DNA of 64,000 bases from a virus (IMGVR_UViG_3300003690_003155:1-64000), one strand, 5' to 3'; positions 1-9,634 are shown, numbered from the stretch's first letter. Translations and numbers: made by a program. The notes: generated by a model not told the origin, from the sequence alone.

Positions 1-8
1 ATGAAAGC

Positions 9-1679
9 TTGCTAGAAGATCCTAATTTTCCTGATTGGGCAAAAGATCTTCTTGCAAGAGGTATGGCCCACTCGGAAGCTGAGGATGAGGAACCTGGTTC
101 AGGTAAGATGAGTGATGAAGATTTTAAACGGTTTGAGACGCTAATGGATTCAAGTTATTTTGACGAGGATCCCGCTGGTGAGGTGTTCGATTATGAACAA
201 GAAGAGATGGAAGATATGTTGAAAGGTCGGACTGGAGCGCCCGATAATGTGAAATGGCTTGGTTCACTCGGTCCTACTCAAGGAGGCGATATACCAATGC
301 AAAGGAACTTGAATAAACATCAACCACCAACCGGCGATCTTCCGGGGTCAGCGCAGTGGCAATTCATGATACCTCCCGGTGGTGATGACAATGAATTAAT
401 TGGTAATGTTTTTGACTACATCATAAACCTCAAGCGTGAAGGAATTGGTTTTGATAAGTTACGCAAGATGAGTTTTGAAGGAGAGTTTTTACCTCAAGTC
501 GGAAATTATGTGAGAAAGATGGTTGTGGCTCATCAAGCTTTGGGTCACGCGCATGCACAGCAATCAGCCGCAGCAGATGCTCAAAAAGCTAAAGACGAGT
601 TACAAAAAGATCAGCTACCTAAAAGACCAGGCCAACCAGATGAATTCAGCGATGATGTAAATCCAAATGTTGAATGGTGGGCACCATCCGATTTTGAATG
701 GTGGGGGCGGCGGTTTGATGATGATGTTATTAATAGTGATAAGATTGAACAATATAAGAACATCGCTGATAAAATAATAGAGAATCCTTTTGACGACGGA
801 CTGCACCATTTTAATGGTCTAATGCTTCCCGACAAACACGACGGACTGCACCATTTTAATGGTCTAATGCTTCCCGACAAACGCGACGCGAAAATTAAAA
901 ACCTTAAACAAGAAGCACACGAATGGCTTGAGCATTATCATAGTACAAAGGATAGTAGAAAGCCCAATCAAGCACACATCAAACATCCATATGGAGTAGG
1001 TAGTCCTCAGAGTGCCTTACAAACTATGAGTTATCGACCAACGTTTAAACAGTTCTTTGCAGAGTCGCTTCAAGAAGGAATAACAGATAAAGCATTTATA
1101 CTATTGGCATATTCTGACAGAGGAATGAGTCAAATAAAGATTACATCTGTTCCGAAAGTAGATATGCCGACTGTGTTGTTAACTGGTCTTCGTGTAATGA
1201 ATGAAGATGGTGATGATGATAATCGCGAGGAAGGATTTGAAGTCATGGAACCAGAAGAGTTGTCTATACAAGAAGTAATAGCACAGTCTGGTGCGATCGA
1301 TGCCGATCTTACTCTTACGTATGATGATTTTCTTGCAATACGACAAGATCTCAATGGGATAAAAGCAGTTCTTGATGACGAAGCATTTGAGGATGAAGAT
1401 AGAGAAAATGTTACTAAGGTACTCACTAAGATAATTGACGATGGAGTAGCAGATTATTTTGAATTTCAAAAGGGTAATCATATGGAAGAAGAGCCTGATG
1501 TGATCTTCTTTCCAACAGATCCAAATAAATGGTGGGATATTAAGGCAACTGATCATGTTGACACTCTGATTAAGCAGCGCATTCGACAGAACTTTGGACA
1601 TGGATCGTCTGATCCATTAATTGATACAGATAACGAGAGTAAACATTCCACATTTAAGGAGTATTTTAATAAATATTAA
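9..1679 (+). CDS. large acidic hypothetical protein, probably 5'-truncated by the window edge; putative virion internal protein
   Basis: 556-aa ORF with internal TFKQFFAE and TFKEYF motifs resembling T4 capsid-targeting peptides. Confidence 0.6.
   Translation: MLEDPNFPDWAKDLLARGMAHSEAEDEEPGSGKMSDEDFKRFETLMDSSYFDEDPAGEVFDYEQEEMEDMLKGRTGAPDNVKWLGSLGPTQGGDIPMQRNLNKHQPPTGDLPGSAQWQFMIPPGGDDNELIGNVFDYIINLKREGIGFDKLRKMSFEGEFLPQVGNYVRKMVVAHQALGHAHAQQSAAADAQKAKDELQKDQLPKRPGQPDEFSDDVNPNVEWWAPSDFEWWGRRFDDDVINSDKIEQYKNIADKIIENPFDDGLHHFNGLMLPDKHDGLHHFNGLMLPDKRDAKIKNLKQEAHEWLEHYHSTKDSRKPNQAHIKHPYGVGSPQSALQTMSYRPTFKQFFAESLQEGITDKAFILLAYSDRGMSQIKITSVPKVDMPTVLLTGLRVMNEDGDDDNREEGFEVMEPEELSIQEVIAQSGAIDADLTLTYDDFLAIRQDLNGIKAVLDDEAFEDEDRENVTKVLTKIIDDGVADYFEFQKGNHMEEEPDVIFFPTDPNKWWDIKATDHVDTLIKQRIRQNFGHGSSDPLIDTDNESKHSTFKEYFNKY
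795..884 (+). repeat. 45-bp in-frame tandem duplication (DGLHHFNGLMLPDK x2)
   Basis: gacggactgcaccattttaatggtctaatgcttcccgacaaac at 795 and 840. Confidence 0.95.
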
Positions 1680-1680
1680 T

Positions 1681-2100
1681 ATGAGTGAACTTAACCATGC
1701 AGTGTCGCCGGCGTTTAATAATGCAATATTAGAGGTGATACCTTCTGTTGGGCTGCATCCTGGTCTTAGACCCGGTGAAGGAGCTGATGCGCTAGGGATA
1801 GCTAATAGCTATATGCAAAGACTAAACAAAGACACTAGTCGCCCTCAAGTGGTTGAACTTGATCCTTCTGCTGGTAGTGATTTAGTAGTATTGTATCCAG
1901 ACGCAGAGCATGGTGGGACGGTGGCTGTAATTGTTAAAGCTGGTACTGTAGTTTTCGCTGGTTTATCCTGGGAAAGCATTCAGCGACCTGCGCCAAAGAC
2001 ATCTTGGACTAATAAATTTAAATTTGGGAAACGTAAGCAAGAGCCTATAGATCCCGCAGCAACACCATGGACAGTTCCTCAACCCGGTACTGAAACTTAA
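1681..2100 (+). CDS. hypothetical protein
   Basis: start moved to ATG 1681, which lies 5 nt after TAAATA (1670-1675) and just after the upstream stop. Confidence 0.65.
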   Translation: MSELNHAVSPAFNNAILEVIPSVGLHPGLRPGEGADALGIANSYMQRLNKDTSRPQVVELDPSAGSDLVVLYPDAEHGGTVAVIVKAGTVVFAGLSWESIQRPAPKTSWTNKFKFGKRKQEPIDPAATPWTVPQPGTET

Positions 2101-2111
2101 AGGATAATAAA

Positions 2112-2684
2112 ATGACAGAAACAAATAAAGAAGAAGCAAAACTAATTTGGGAAGCCTTACAAGAAGGGAGCCCGTATATCGATTGGAGAAAGCATTCACC
2201 GCCGCCGGGCGAAGGGCCTACGCGTCGCGGTGACACGTTGACCGGCAAAGAGCGCGAAGGCGCTCTGTTTAACCCTGATAAATGGGTAGATTGTCCAGAG
2301 TGTAAAGATGGTAAGTTACCTGACGGTTCAACATGCGAGCATTGTGGTGGATCAGGAAGACATCCTAAACCAGAAAAAGCAAACGAGGGAGAAAGTCTCG
2401 ATGATTGGAATGATTACATGAATGCTGAAGGAGAGAATACAGCAGGATATATCCAAATTGATCTTTATACTGGCAGTGTTCAGACTGTAAGCCCTGATCA
2501 AGTACAACAGGCAGTTAGAGGTTTGGATAAAGTCGGACCAGATTCTGGTGATAGCGACTGGGATGCTTGGAGAGGTGAAGAGTATATGGTTGTTGCTATA
2601 CCAAGAACAGTGCACTGGCCAAAATCGGCTCGGAGCGAACCTGTTCCAGATCATAGTGACTTAATTCAACCTACAAAATATTAA
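2112..2684 (+). CDS. hypothetical protein with leader (KEEAKLIWEAL) and DnaJ-like Zn finger
   Basis: CPECKDG...CEHCGGSG; C-terminal WRGEEYMVV segment shared with the 9975 ORF. Confidence 0.7.
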   Translation: MTETNKEEAKLIWEALQEGSPYIDWRKHSPPPGEGPTRRGDTLTGKEREGALFNPDKWVDCPECKDGKLPDGSTCEHCGGSGRHPKPEKANEGESLDDWNDYMNAEGENTAGYIQIDLYTGSVQTVSPDQVQQAVRGLDKVGPDSGDSDWDAWRGEEYMVVAIPRTVHWPKSARSEPVPDHSDLIQPTKY

Positions 2685-2685
2685 T

Positions 2686-3195
2686 ATGAAAGATAAAGAC
2701 GCACAACTAATGATGGAAGCCTTACAGAAGTCTCATGAAGATAAAGAAATTACAACTGAGGGAGTTGGAACGGCCGCCGCGATGGTGGGTTTAGGTGCTG
2801 TTGGTGGCGCTCTTGCGAGTAAATTTTATGATCGCTTAGAAAAAAAGTGGAAAAGAAAGAAAGTATCTAAACATAAAGATGACTATCACGTTGAGCAAGG
2901 ACCAGTCGCCGATGTTGGTCGAGGCCTCGATGAGATAGTTCAGAATATTAAAAACTTTTTTAATAATGGTCAGGTTGATATTCCAAACACTGGAAATTGG
3001 GTTGAACTAACTGATGATCCTGGGATTAACCTCGCCGGTGAGTTAGAAGTTATTATGATTGGTATCGTTAAAGGCGCTCATGTCGAGCCACCCTTTGAAC
3101 CTGACAAATGGAGTGACGATGACTACAGAAAATGGCGAGATGATCCTAGATGGGGTAAACCTGGCGGACCTGGATCGCCGCCGCCTGGAAATTAA
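2686..3195 (+). CDS. hypothetical protein with MKDKDAQLMMEAL leader and one hydrophobic helix
   Basis: ORF; shared leader; GVGTAAAMVGLGAVGGALA segment. Confidence 0.7.
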   Translation: MKDKDAQLMMEALQKSHEDKEITTEGVGTAAAMVGLGAVGGALASKFYDRLEKKWKRKKVSKHKDDYHVEQGPVADVGRGLDEIVQNIKNFFNNGQVDIPNTGNWVELTDDPGINLAGELEVIMIGIVKGAHVEPPFEPDKWSDDDYRKWRDDPRWGKPGGPGSPPPGN

Positions 3196-3199
3196 AGCT

Positions 3200-3565
3200 A
3201 TGAGAGATAAAGACGCACAACTAATGATGGAAGCTTTGCGAGTGAAAGAAGCTGATTACGTACCACCTCATGATGAGGATAAGCTGAAGCGTGCTAGGCA
3301 ACGCGGATATGACGATGATAGCGGACCATTAGATAGAGTTGCTAATTTAGTCATAGATAAATTAGGAGATATAACGGATTATAGTTCATCGGCAGATTAT
3401 TCAGTTAGCGATCTTATTGATGTAACGATAGAAGATGTAGAGTCTGAAATGGGTGAACGGCAACATGATCTTAATGAACCTGACGCTAATGATAAAATTA
3501 AAGATTTAATTATTCGTAATCTTTCTGATGACCGGAGCCATTTAATGCAAGGATATGAACGGTGA
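3200..3565 (+). CDS. hypothetical protein with MRDKDAQLMMEAL leader
   Basis: start moved from 3059 to ATG 3200 to match the repeated leader. Confidence 0.7.
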   Translation: MRDKDAQLMMEALRVKEADYVPPHDEDKLKRARQRGYDDDSGPLDRVANLVIDKLGDITDYSSSADYSVSDLIDVTIEDVESEMGERQHDLNEPDANDKIKDLIIRNLSDDRSHLMQGYER

Positions 3566-3954
3566 GAGATATAGACGCACAACTAATGATGGAAGCCTTA
3601 AGGGAGGCCCGTCTAAGTTTTGAGTATAAAAATGTTGAGGATGACGGCTGGCCTCCGGAGGGCAGAGATTGGTTAGCACATGGAGATCAACCACCACCCT
3701 CAATTCCTGACGGGAGACTATTACCTGATACAGATATTCTCGCAAGGGTAGCCCGAGTGATGGATACTTACAAGCGCTCAGGATCGTCTCCTGCGTTTGT
3801 GAGCGCTATAATAGACGATTTAAACAGATTAATTGATGGCACAGGTGATGCAGATATTCTTCGACACTATGAAGGTTGGGGCATGGATGATATAGTTCAA
3901 CTTGTGGCGATACTCCAAAACAAATTCCGTAACATAGAGAACGATTTAGAATAA
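3562..3954 (+). CDS. hypothetical protein with MRDIDAQLMMEAL leader
   Basis: GTG start overlapping the upstream stop (GTGA); shared leader. Confidence 0.7.
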   Translation: MRDIDAQLMMEALREARLSFEYKNVEDDGWPPEGRDWLAHGDQPPPSIPDGRLLPDTDILARVARVMDTYKRSGSSPAFVSAIIDDLNRLIDGTGDADILRHYEGWGMDDIVQLVAILQNKFRNIENDLE

Positions 3955-5835
3955 ATGATAGATAAAGACGATAGACTGATTGCAGAGAGGTATTCCTCGC
4001 GAGGAAAACTAATCACAGAGGCTGAAGATCCTTACATCGCAGGTAAGGGTTGGCCAAAGTTCGGTCGTTTTCCTGGTGATGATCCTGGTGATGATACAGT
4101 CGCAGCTGGGCGCCCAGATAGTAATCAGTGGCCTTCTTATACTAATCGAGGTACTGAACTGCATATTGGTGCCTATACTCCTGAACGTTCGAAAGAGTTT
4201 GGTCAATACTTCTATGATGTTCTGAGAGCTAACAGTACTACTGTTAGTGATGAAGCAATTCACGCGCACGTAGATAACTGGATAGCTGATCAGCTAGCAC
4301 GCCGAAATCCACCAATAGATCCGACAAATCCACCACCTGAGTGGGCAACTACTATTGAATCTATCAAAGGGCTAGTACCCGCAGCTATGATGGATGCAAG
4401 AGAGGAAGATCCAACAACAGAGATGTATTCTGAAGCTATCCCTCCTCCAGCCCCTCACGCTGAGGCGATGATTCGGGAGGCAGAATACACACCGCCCGGT
4501 TGGCTGCCTGGTACTAATGTACCTCACCCAGATCGGCCAGCGCCGGTGCAGCGCGGGGCATGGGATGTACGTGGTAATGTGCAACCAGCTATTGGCAAGA
4601 CGATGGGAGACACAGTAGCTAAAAAAATAGATACTAACACACCAGAAGGAGCTTCTCAGTATATTGCAGCATGGATTTACGCCTCGACTGACGATGCTGC
4701 AAACACTGGTGAACCACCGCATAAGACTAGTACGGAAGGGTTGTTCGCGGCAGTAGAAGAGCTGTTTGATAGGTTTAATGCTGAACAAGTGAAGTGGATT
4801 AGAGATCAGTTAAGTAGCTTGAGATTTGCTTCAAAATTTGGAGATTCGACTCGAAATTTACTTGTAACTCGCATCGATGATATTACAAAAGAAAAATATC
4901 CACAAACATCAATGGTTGGAGATTTAAAGTCAGTTGAACTTGGAGACATCCCAAAGGATGTTGATTATTCCGGAATGGAACAAGATACGACAACGAATAA
5001 AAAATTTAAAGAGTTTTTCTTAGAGTACGAAGCTGATTTCGGTAAGGATCCTACTCCAGCTGCTGATTTTGGTAAGGCTCCTACTCCACAAGGAGCCCCT
5101 CCGCCAGTGGCCAGCGCACCTGGACCAGTAGGTAATCTGAAGAGTGCACTGATGGCTGCTAAGCCTGGCGATAGTTTTAGTATGATCGAAGTTGGTGATG
5201 CCTTATGGCCTGATGATACAATAACGAATAGACACGCGATTGAATTAAGATTGTATAGGCCTATGAAAATAGGAAGTATCTTTAAAGATATAGCGTTTAG
5301 AGCTAAGCATTTCGATTTTGATACCATGGGCGGGCGCACTGGTGCTCCACAGGGAGGTGGCGGCTGGGATGAATTTATAAAAGAGCTCGAAAGTCAAGTA
5401 GGTGGTACCTGGATGACCGATTATGGTATTGATCAAAAAAACCCAGAAGGTCTAGGTGGCCCAGGCCATAATTTTCAATTTGGTGATGATGTTCCAGGCA
5501 TCGTGAAACTAGGTTGGAATCCATTGAAATGGCCAGAGAATTATAGCAAAGAAATAGATAAAATGGGCATGACTCCTGAAATGAAATGGCTTCCACAAGT
5601 TAAAGTTTGGAAAGTTGACGATGATAATAGAACTCCAGGTACAGTCGGTATGATGGGCACATTTTCGCATGCAGATCCTATGGGGTATTGGAAGAAGAAG
5701 TCAACCACGGCAGGGGCGATTGGTTCTACTGATGCTGATCGTGCAGCAGATACTGCAGATCGACAGAAAAGTAGTGAATACATAGACGCTATAGCTAAAA
5801 AAATGGCCGCTGGTAAGAAAGAGTGGTGGACCTGA
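3955..5835 (+). CDS. large Pro/Gly/Asp-rich hypothetical protein with diverged leader (MIDKDDRLIAE)
   Basis: 626-aa ORF; internal KFKEFFLE motif; 30-bp tandem repeat ADFGKxPTP at about 5032-5088. Confidence 0.65.
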   Translation: MIDKDDRLIAERYSSRGKLITEAEDPYIAGKGWPKFGRFPGDDPGDDTVAAGRPDSNQWPSYTNRGTELHIGAYTPERSKEFGQYFYDVLRANSTTVSDEAIHAHVDNWIADQLARRNPPIDPTNPPPEWATTIESIKGLVPAAMMDAREEDPTTEMYSEAIPPPAPHAEAMIREAEYTPPGWLPGTNVPHPDRPAPVQRGAWDVRGNVQPAIGKTMGDTVAKKIDTNTPEGASQYIAAWIYASTDDAANTGEPPHKTSTEGLFAAVEELFDRFNAEQVKWIRDQLSSLRFASKFGDSTRNLLVTRIDDITKEKYPQTSMVGDLKSVELGDIPKDVDYSGMEQDTTTNKKFKEFFLEYEADFGKDPTPAADFGKAPTPQGAPPPVASAPGPVGNLKSALMAAKPGDSFSMIEVGDALWPDDTITNRHAIELRLYRPMKIGSIFKDIAFRAKHFDFDTMGGRTGAPQGGGGWDEFIKELESQVGGTWMTDYGIDQKNPEGLGGPGHNFQFGDDVPGIVKLGWNPLKWPENYSKEIDKMGMTPEMKWLPQVKVWKVDDDNRTPGTVGMMGTFSHADPMGYWKKKSTTAGAIGSTDADRAADTADRQKSSEYIDAIAKKMAAGKKEWWT

Positions 5836-5837
5836 TA

Positions 5838-6215
5838 ATGTTTAACGAGACAGTAAAGAAGATCCTTGAAAGAGATTATCAACCTTCTCCAACTTGGGAT
5901 GGTCGTGGCCGGCCACAGTCACAAGATCTATCTCAGGTATATTCTGACGAATTGAATGATCGACTTGCTAAAAACTGGGCGGATCTGTTGGTTTGGACGT
6001 GGAACTCCGCCGACTTGATGATGTCCAATGCCGACGCGAAAGAGGACGTACGGGAGCAGTGGCGAATCATACAGGGTGAACTGGGTTTTGAATCATTTAG
6101 GGGTCAGCTTTTTACGTATCTTGAAAATCACAAAGATCGAGACGCAGGGGCTGCAGTTCTTCGCATTATTAGACCTGACCATGGTGGTGCTGGTAAATTA
6201 GTGGGAGCTCCATGA
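5838..6215 (+). CDS. hypothetical protein
   Basis: ORF; likely start MFNETVKKILE just after the upstream stop. Confidence 0.6.
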   Translation: MFNETVKKILERDYQPSPTWDGRGRPQSQDLSQVYSDELNDRLAKNWADLLVWTWNSADLMMSNADAKEDVREQWRIIQGELGFESFRGQLFTYLENHKDRDAGAAVLRIIRPDHGGAGKLVGAP

Positions 6216-7132
6216 TGAATATAGTTACTTCAGTTGGTCACGATCCAGTAAAATTACATCATTTTATAGTATATTATAAATCTATAGGCGTTGATGACTT
6301 TCATGTTGTTGTGTGGGGCGATTCTGAGAAGGTACCATATGATGAGATCGTCGCTGTCTTAGACAGTCATGACTTATCAGTTTATAAAGATTATAGAGAT
6401 ACACAAATAAACGATATACGCTTCTTATCTAACATTTACAACGAGGCAGTAACAACTAAACCTGATGAATGGTGGATAGTGGCTGACTTAGATGAGTTTA
6501 ATATATTTCCAGATAGTCTCGAAGACTATATAACTAAGTTAGAAACATCCGGCCAAACTCATGCTAAGGGTATAATGCTAGATAGAATAGGTGTTGGTGG
6601 TGCGTTATCTGAACTACAAATGGATGATGTTATATGGGAAAAGTTTCCTAACGTTGGATATATCAGCAAAACTATACGTCAATGTGCCGCTATAACTGTA
6701 CCTCTATTTAAAAAAGGTGATACTAACCTCGAATTAGGTATCGGACAACATCGAGTCGATGAACTATTATTACAAAGACAGTATACCGGCATTGACGTCG
6801 TACGTGCTAGTACTATTGAGAAAGATAACCTCGAGAGAGGAAATAGCTTCTGGAAAGATAATACTATAGAAACTCATCACTTTAGATGGTCGAAACTAGA
6901 CTTCGATCTATTAAAAAATACAGAGAATTGGTGGGTATTGCAACCACCACAGGTAAACATGCATCGTGAATTGCAGAGAGAGGTTGACTATTTAGAAGCA
7001 AATCTAACAATTGATATATCTAATGCATTGTTCTTAGTAGACGGTAGCCCACATACAGATAAAGCGTACGGTGGGTATGAGCATTGGCAAACAGTTATCG
7101 ATGATCCAGCAATTGCGTGGCAGGCCCCTTGA
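6212..7132 (+). CDS. GT-A fold glycosyltransferase (GT2/GT92-like)
   Basis: FIVYYKSIGVDDFHV N-terminus, WWIVADLDEF DxD motif, IGQH and HHFRW motifs. Confidence 0.7.
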   Translation: MMNIVTSVGHDPVKLHHFIVYYKSIGVDDFHVVVWGDSEKVPYDEIVAVLDSHDLSVYKDYRDTQINDIRFLSNIYNEAVTTKPDEWWIVADLDEFNIFPDSLEDYITKLETSGQTHAKGIMLDRIGVGGALSELQMDDVIWEKFPNVGYISKTIRQCAAITVPLFKKGDTNLELGIGQHRVDELLLQRQYTGIDVVRASTIEKDNLERGNSFWKDNTIETHHFRWSKLDFDLLKNTENWWVLQPPQVNMHRELQREVDYLEANLTIDISNALFLVDGSPHTDKAYGGYEHWQTVIDDPAIAWQAP

Positions 7133-7139
7133 CGAGTGT

Positions 7140-7493
7140 ATGAATCTGCATAAACAAGGCAAGGTATGGGGCACTACACAGCCTCTCTTCAATAAGAATA
7201 ACGTCGAAATACATCGCATAGAGACTAATAAAGGTGGATACTGCAGCAAGCATAAACACCAACATAAGTATAATTGCTTCTACATAGAGAGAGGTAAGCT
7301 GAAGATAAGCGTATGGAAAAATGATTATGATCTAGTGGATACTACTATAATTTCTACCGGGGAAGCTACCACAGTTCCTCCTGGTGAATACCATGTATTC
7401 GAAGCACTGGAAGACTCTGTATGCTATGAGATATATTGGGTTGAGATATCTGATTCTGATATTGTAAGAGAAGACCACGGAGGTACTCGCTAA
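7140..7493 (+). CDS. cupin-domain protein (mannose-6-phosphate isomerase-like)
   Basis: KVWG...CSKHKHQHKYNCFYIERG...VPPGEYHVF cupin motifs; start moved to ATG 7140. Confidence 0.75.
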   Translation: MNLHKQGKVWGTTQPLFNKNNVEIHRIETNKGGYCSKHKHQHKYNCFYIERGKLKISVWKNDYDLVDTTIISTGEATTVPPGEYHVFEALEDSVCYEIYWVEISDSDIVREDHGGTR

Positions 7494-7725
7494 AAAACCT
7501 ATAGATAGATTAAAAAACATATGGTATTTCCAGAGAAGTACGTTTAACATTGTATATATTATATCTTCTCTACATATAAAAGCAAATAGAAAATACTATA
7601 TAACTTCTTAAACATGAACGAGATAGCACAAAGTTGTACGCGATATGTTAGAATTCTATACATATATACACGTCGATCCAGGATTTACTAACGGCCGCGC
7701 AGACAATTTCCCAGAAGTCTTTTAC

Positions 7726-7753
7726 TTGCAATCGCTGGAGGATAGGTTATAAT
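7726..7753 (+). promoter_or_regulatory. sigma70-type promoter
   Basis: TTGCAA-16 nt-TATAAT; ATG 7 nt downstream. Confidence 0.7.
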
Positions 7754-7760
7754 ATAGTCT

Positions 7761-8003
7761 ATGAACGCTAAGACATATGCACAATCCCAGTTGGATTTCG
7801 TAGGTGGTAACCGCGCTTCCTGGTTCAAGGATGGCGCTCGAGAACGTCGTGTGACGGTGGAGATGACCCGCCAGCCAAACGGCGAGTATTACATCAACTC
7901 AGCTAAGGCTAACTACAATGTAGGTGGCTCTGAAACTCAGGTTGGGGTGAACAATCGTTTACTTCGCAACGAGCTCCTCACTAGCAATATTACAACTGGC
8001 TAA
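7761..8003 (+). CDS. small early hypothetical protein
   Basis: ORF between a promoter and a terminator. Confidence 0.7.
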   Translation: MNAKTYAQSQLDFVGGNRASWFKDGARERRVTVEMTRQPNGEYYINSAKANYNVGGSETQVGVNNRLLRNELLTSNITTG

Positions 8004-8026
8004 TTATATAATAATTATATAACCGC

Positions 8027-8075
8027 AGGGGGGCGCGTACGCACCGGTAGCACGGTATATTCGCGCCCTCTTTTT
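8027..8075 (+). terminator. probable intrinsic terminator
   Basis: ggggggcgcg...cgcgccctc stem followed by a T run. Confidence 0.55.
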
Positions 8076-8112
8076 ATAATTTTCTTTACTTTACCGGGGG
8101 AAACCATGGGGG

Positions 8113-8171
8113 AAGTAAAGTGAAAGTAAAGTGAGATACCAGTTGCCGTATCCCCTAGAAGTTCATATCAT
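8113..8171 (+). promoter_or_regulatory. sigma70-type promoter with upstream AAAGTAAAGTG repeats (x2)
   Basis: aagtaaagtgaaagtaaagtg, then TTGCCG(8143)-17 nt-TATCAT. Confidence 0.55.
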
Positions 8172-8180
8172 ATTGGCGTT

Positions 8181-8624
8181 GTGAGTGAGATAGATAAGAC
8201 GATAAAGGCAGATTTGACAGGGATAGCTCAGCTCGAGCTGAACGTGCCAACTCTGGAGACGCGCGGAAATGATAGCTTAGATTTCCATGATTGTTCGGTG
8301 CGGAGTATCGAGCGAGCGCTCGAACGTGCATATGAGCTTGGCCGTGAGGCTAATCGCGAATGGGGCATTCAGCTCGGTATTGAGATGGGCTTGAAGCGCG
8401 CCATGGATATTACTTCTAGGGATTTGCATAATTTCAAATTCCCGGAGGGTCAGATTCCGATCGATATGCCGCTCGAGCAGTACGCGCCGAAGGATGATTC
8501 GACATTTGAATTCTCGTACAAGACGTACGAAGAGCGCACGCTGGAGAAGGATGTTGCTGCGCGCAATGTGAGGCGTCGCCGTGCTAATCGCATGGTATCA
8601 AAGAATCGCAGAAATCGGAAATAA
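8181..8624 (+). CDS. DUF6900-like domain protein with basic C-terminal tail
   Basis: TLETRGNDSLDFHDCSVRSIERALERAYELG motif. Confidence 0.65.
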   Translation: MSEIDKTIKADLTGIAQLELNVPTLETRGNDSLDFHDCSVRSIERALERAYELGREANREWGIQLGIEMGLKRAMDITSRDLHNFKFPEGQIPIDMPLEQYAPKDDSTFEFSYKTYEERTLEKDVAARNVRRRRANRMVSKNRRNRK

Positions 8625-8627
8625 AGC

Positions 8628-8655
8628 TTGCCGTTTCCAGAGAAGCATTTATAAT
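8628..8655 (+). promoter_or_regulatory. sigma70-type promoter
   Basis: TTGCCG-16 nt-TATAAT. Confidence 0.6.
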
Positions 8656-8674
8656 ATTGTTTGTTGTGAGAGAT

Positions 8675-8863
8675 ATGAATCATAAAGTTAAAGTGGCGAA
8701 GGGAATCTTCGGATTCGTCTTCGAGAATAGAGACAAGCTTGACACGAACGTTTATCGGACGTTGACGCACGATCTCGGGATCATCATTCGTGGTGACAAG
8801 TTGGCGATGCCATACACAGCTGGCAAAGAGACTGTGATGGAGAAGATCATAGCTGGAAATTAA
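8675..8863 (+). CDS. small early hypothetical protein
   Basis: ORF after a promoter; ATG 8675 preferred as start. Confidence 0.6.
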   Translation: MNHKVKVAKGIFGFVFENRDKLDTNVYRTLTHDLGIIIRGDKLAMPYTAGKETVMEKIIAGN

Positions 8864-8866
8864 AGC

Positions 8867-8894
8867 TTGACGAATTCGGAAAAGCATATATAAT
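8867..8894 (+). promoter_or_regulatory. sigma70-type promoter
   Basis: TTGACG-16 nt-TATAAT; ATG 6 nt downstream. Confidence 0.7.
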
Positions 8895-8900
8895 ATTGAT

Positions 8901-9050
8901 ATGAACGCTGATTGCGAACAGAAGATGACGGAGAAAGAAACTGATAATCTCAGAGCGTGGAAGCGTTGGGGGTTGCAGATGAAGCTATTGAAGAGTATTC
9001 ACAGAGAGATCGCGCCTAAGAAGCAATTTTTACACAATGCCCTTAACTAA
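8901..9050 (+). CDS. 49-aa hypothetical protein (not in ORF track)
   Basis: MNADCEQKMTEKETDNLRAWKRWGLQMKLLKSIHREIAPKKQFLHNALN*, directly after the promoter. Confidence 0.55.
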   Translation: MNADCEQKMTEKETDNLRAWKRWGLQMKLLKSIHREIAPKKQFLHNALN

Positions 9051-9108
9051 AGAAGAATTTATACCGCATGGTTTAAGCAGATTTGCTACCACCCCTAAAA
9101 AAAAGATT

Positions 9109-9576
9109 ATGAGTACGAATAGTAAGAAGAACCCCGCCCCAGTGCTGGCATGTGTCATTACTGGACAATCGCGGAAGACATCACACAACTACTTGAACGA
9201 TAAGGCCAAGCGCCTTGGAGTTGCGAGCGATTGGTTGCTTAACAATTATGTTAGCAAGTTTGTTTGTAGTCAGCTGCGCGCTGGTAAAGCGCTTAGTGAC
9301 CTGCAAACGACAGATCTTAAGATCACAGATCAGTTATTGACTGATATGGTTAGGAAGAACTCCAAGAGCCGCATAACAAATTTCTGGTTCAAGAATGGGG
9401 TTTATCAGACATCCAAGCCAACACCCAAGAAGGTTGCGAAGACGAATCCAAAAGTCAACGTTGACGATCTCACCGCAAAGGTGAAGGAAGAGCAAGCTGA
9501 GGCTGCAACGGTCCCGGCACCTGTGAAGGAAGCTACCTTTGATGAGGTGTTGGATGAGCTTACACAGCTAAGCTAA
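9109..9576 (+). CDS. hypothetical protein
   Basis: ORF; ATG 9109 after an A-rich leader preferred over 9037. Confidence 0.65.
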   Translation: MSTNSKKNPAPVLACVITGQSRKTSHNYLNDKAKRLGVASDWLLNNYVSKFVCSQLRAGKALSDLQTTDLKITDQLLTDMVRKNSKSRITNFWFKNGVYQTSKPTPKKVAKTNPKVNVDDLTAKVKEEQAEAATVPAPVKEATFDEVLDELTQLS

Positions 9577-9593
9577 CCCACGACACAACAACG

Positions 9594-9628
9594 AGAGGTG
9601 AGGATCCATGCGGTTCTCACCTCTTTGT
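9594..9628 (+). terminator. hairpin terminator
   Basis: agaggtgagga...ttctcacctct followed by ttgt. Confidence 0.6.
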
Positions 9629-9634
9629 ATGCGT

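Larger units (their letters stand above)
2686..3600 (+). repeat. three dispersed ~39-bp near-identical gene starts
   Basis: rtgaragatawagacgcacaactaatgatggaagc at 2686, 3200 and 3562. Confidence 0.9.

Noticed and set aside
2686-3600. ~39-bp repeats as a CRISPR array or attC-like sites
   Set aside because: Spacing is 360-510 bp, the repeats are coding gene starts, they are not palindromic, and no cas or integrase gene is present.
611-5882. Many minus-strand ORFs of 60-140 aa in the first 6 kb
   Set aside because: Antisense shadows of tightly packed plus-strand genes, with no motifs or start signals.
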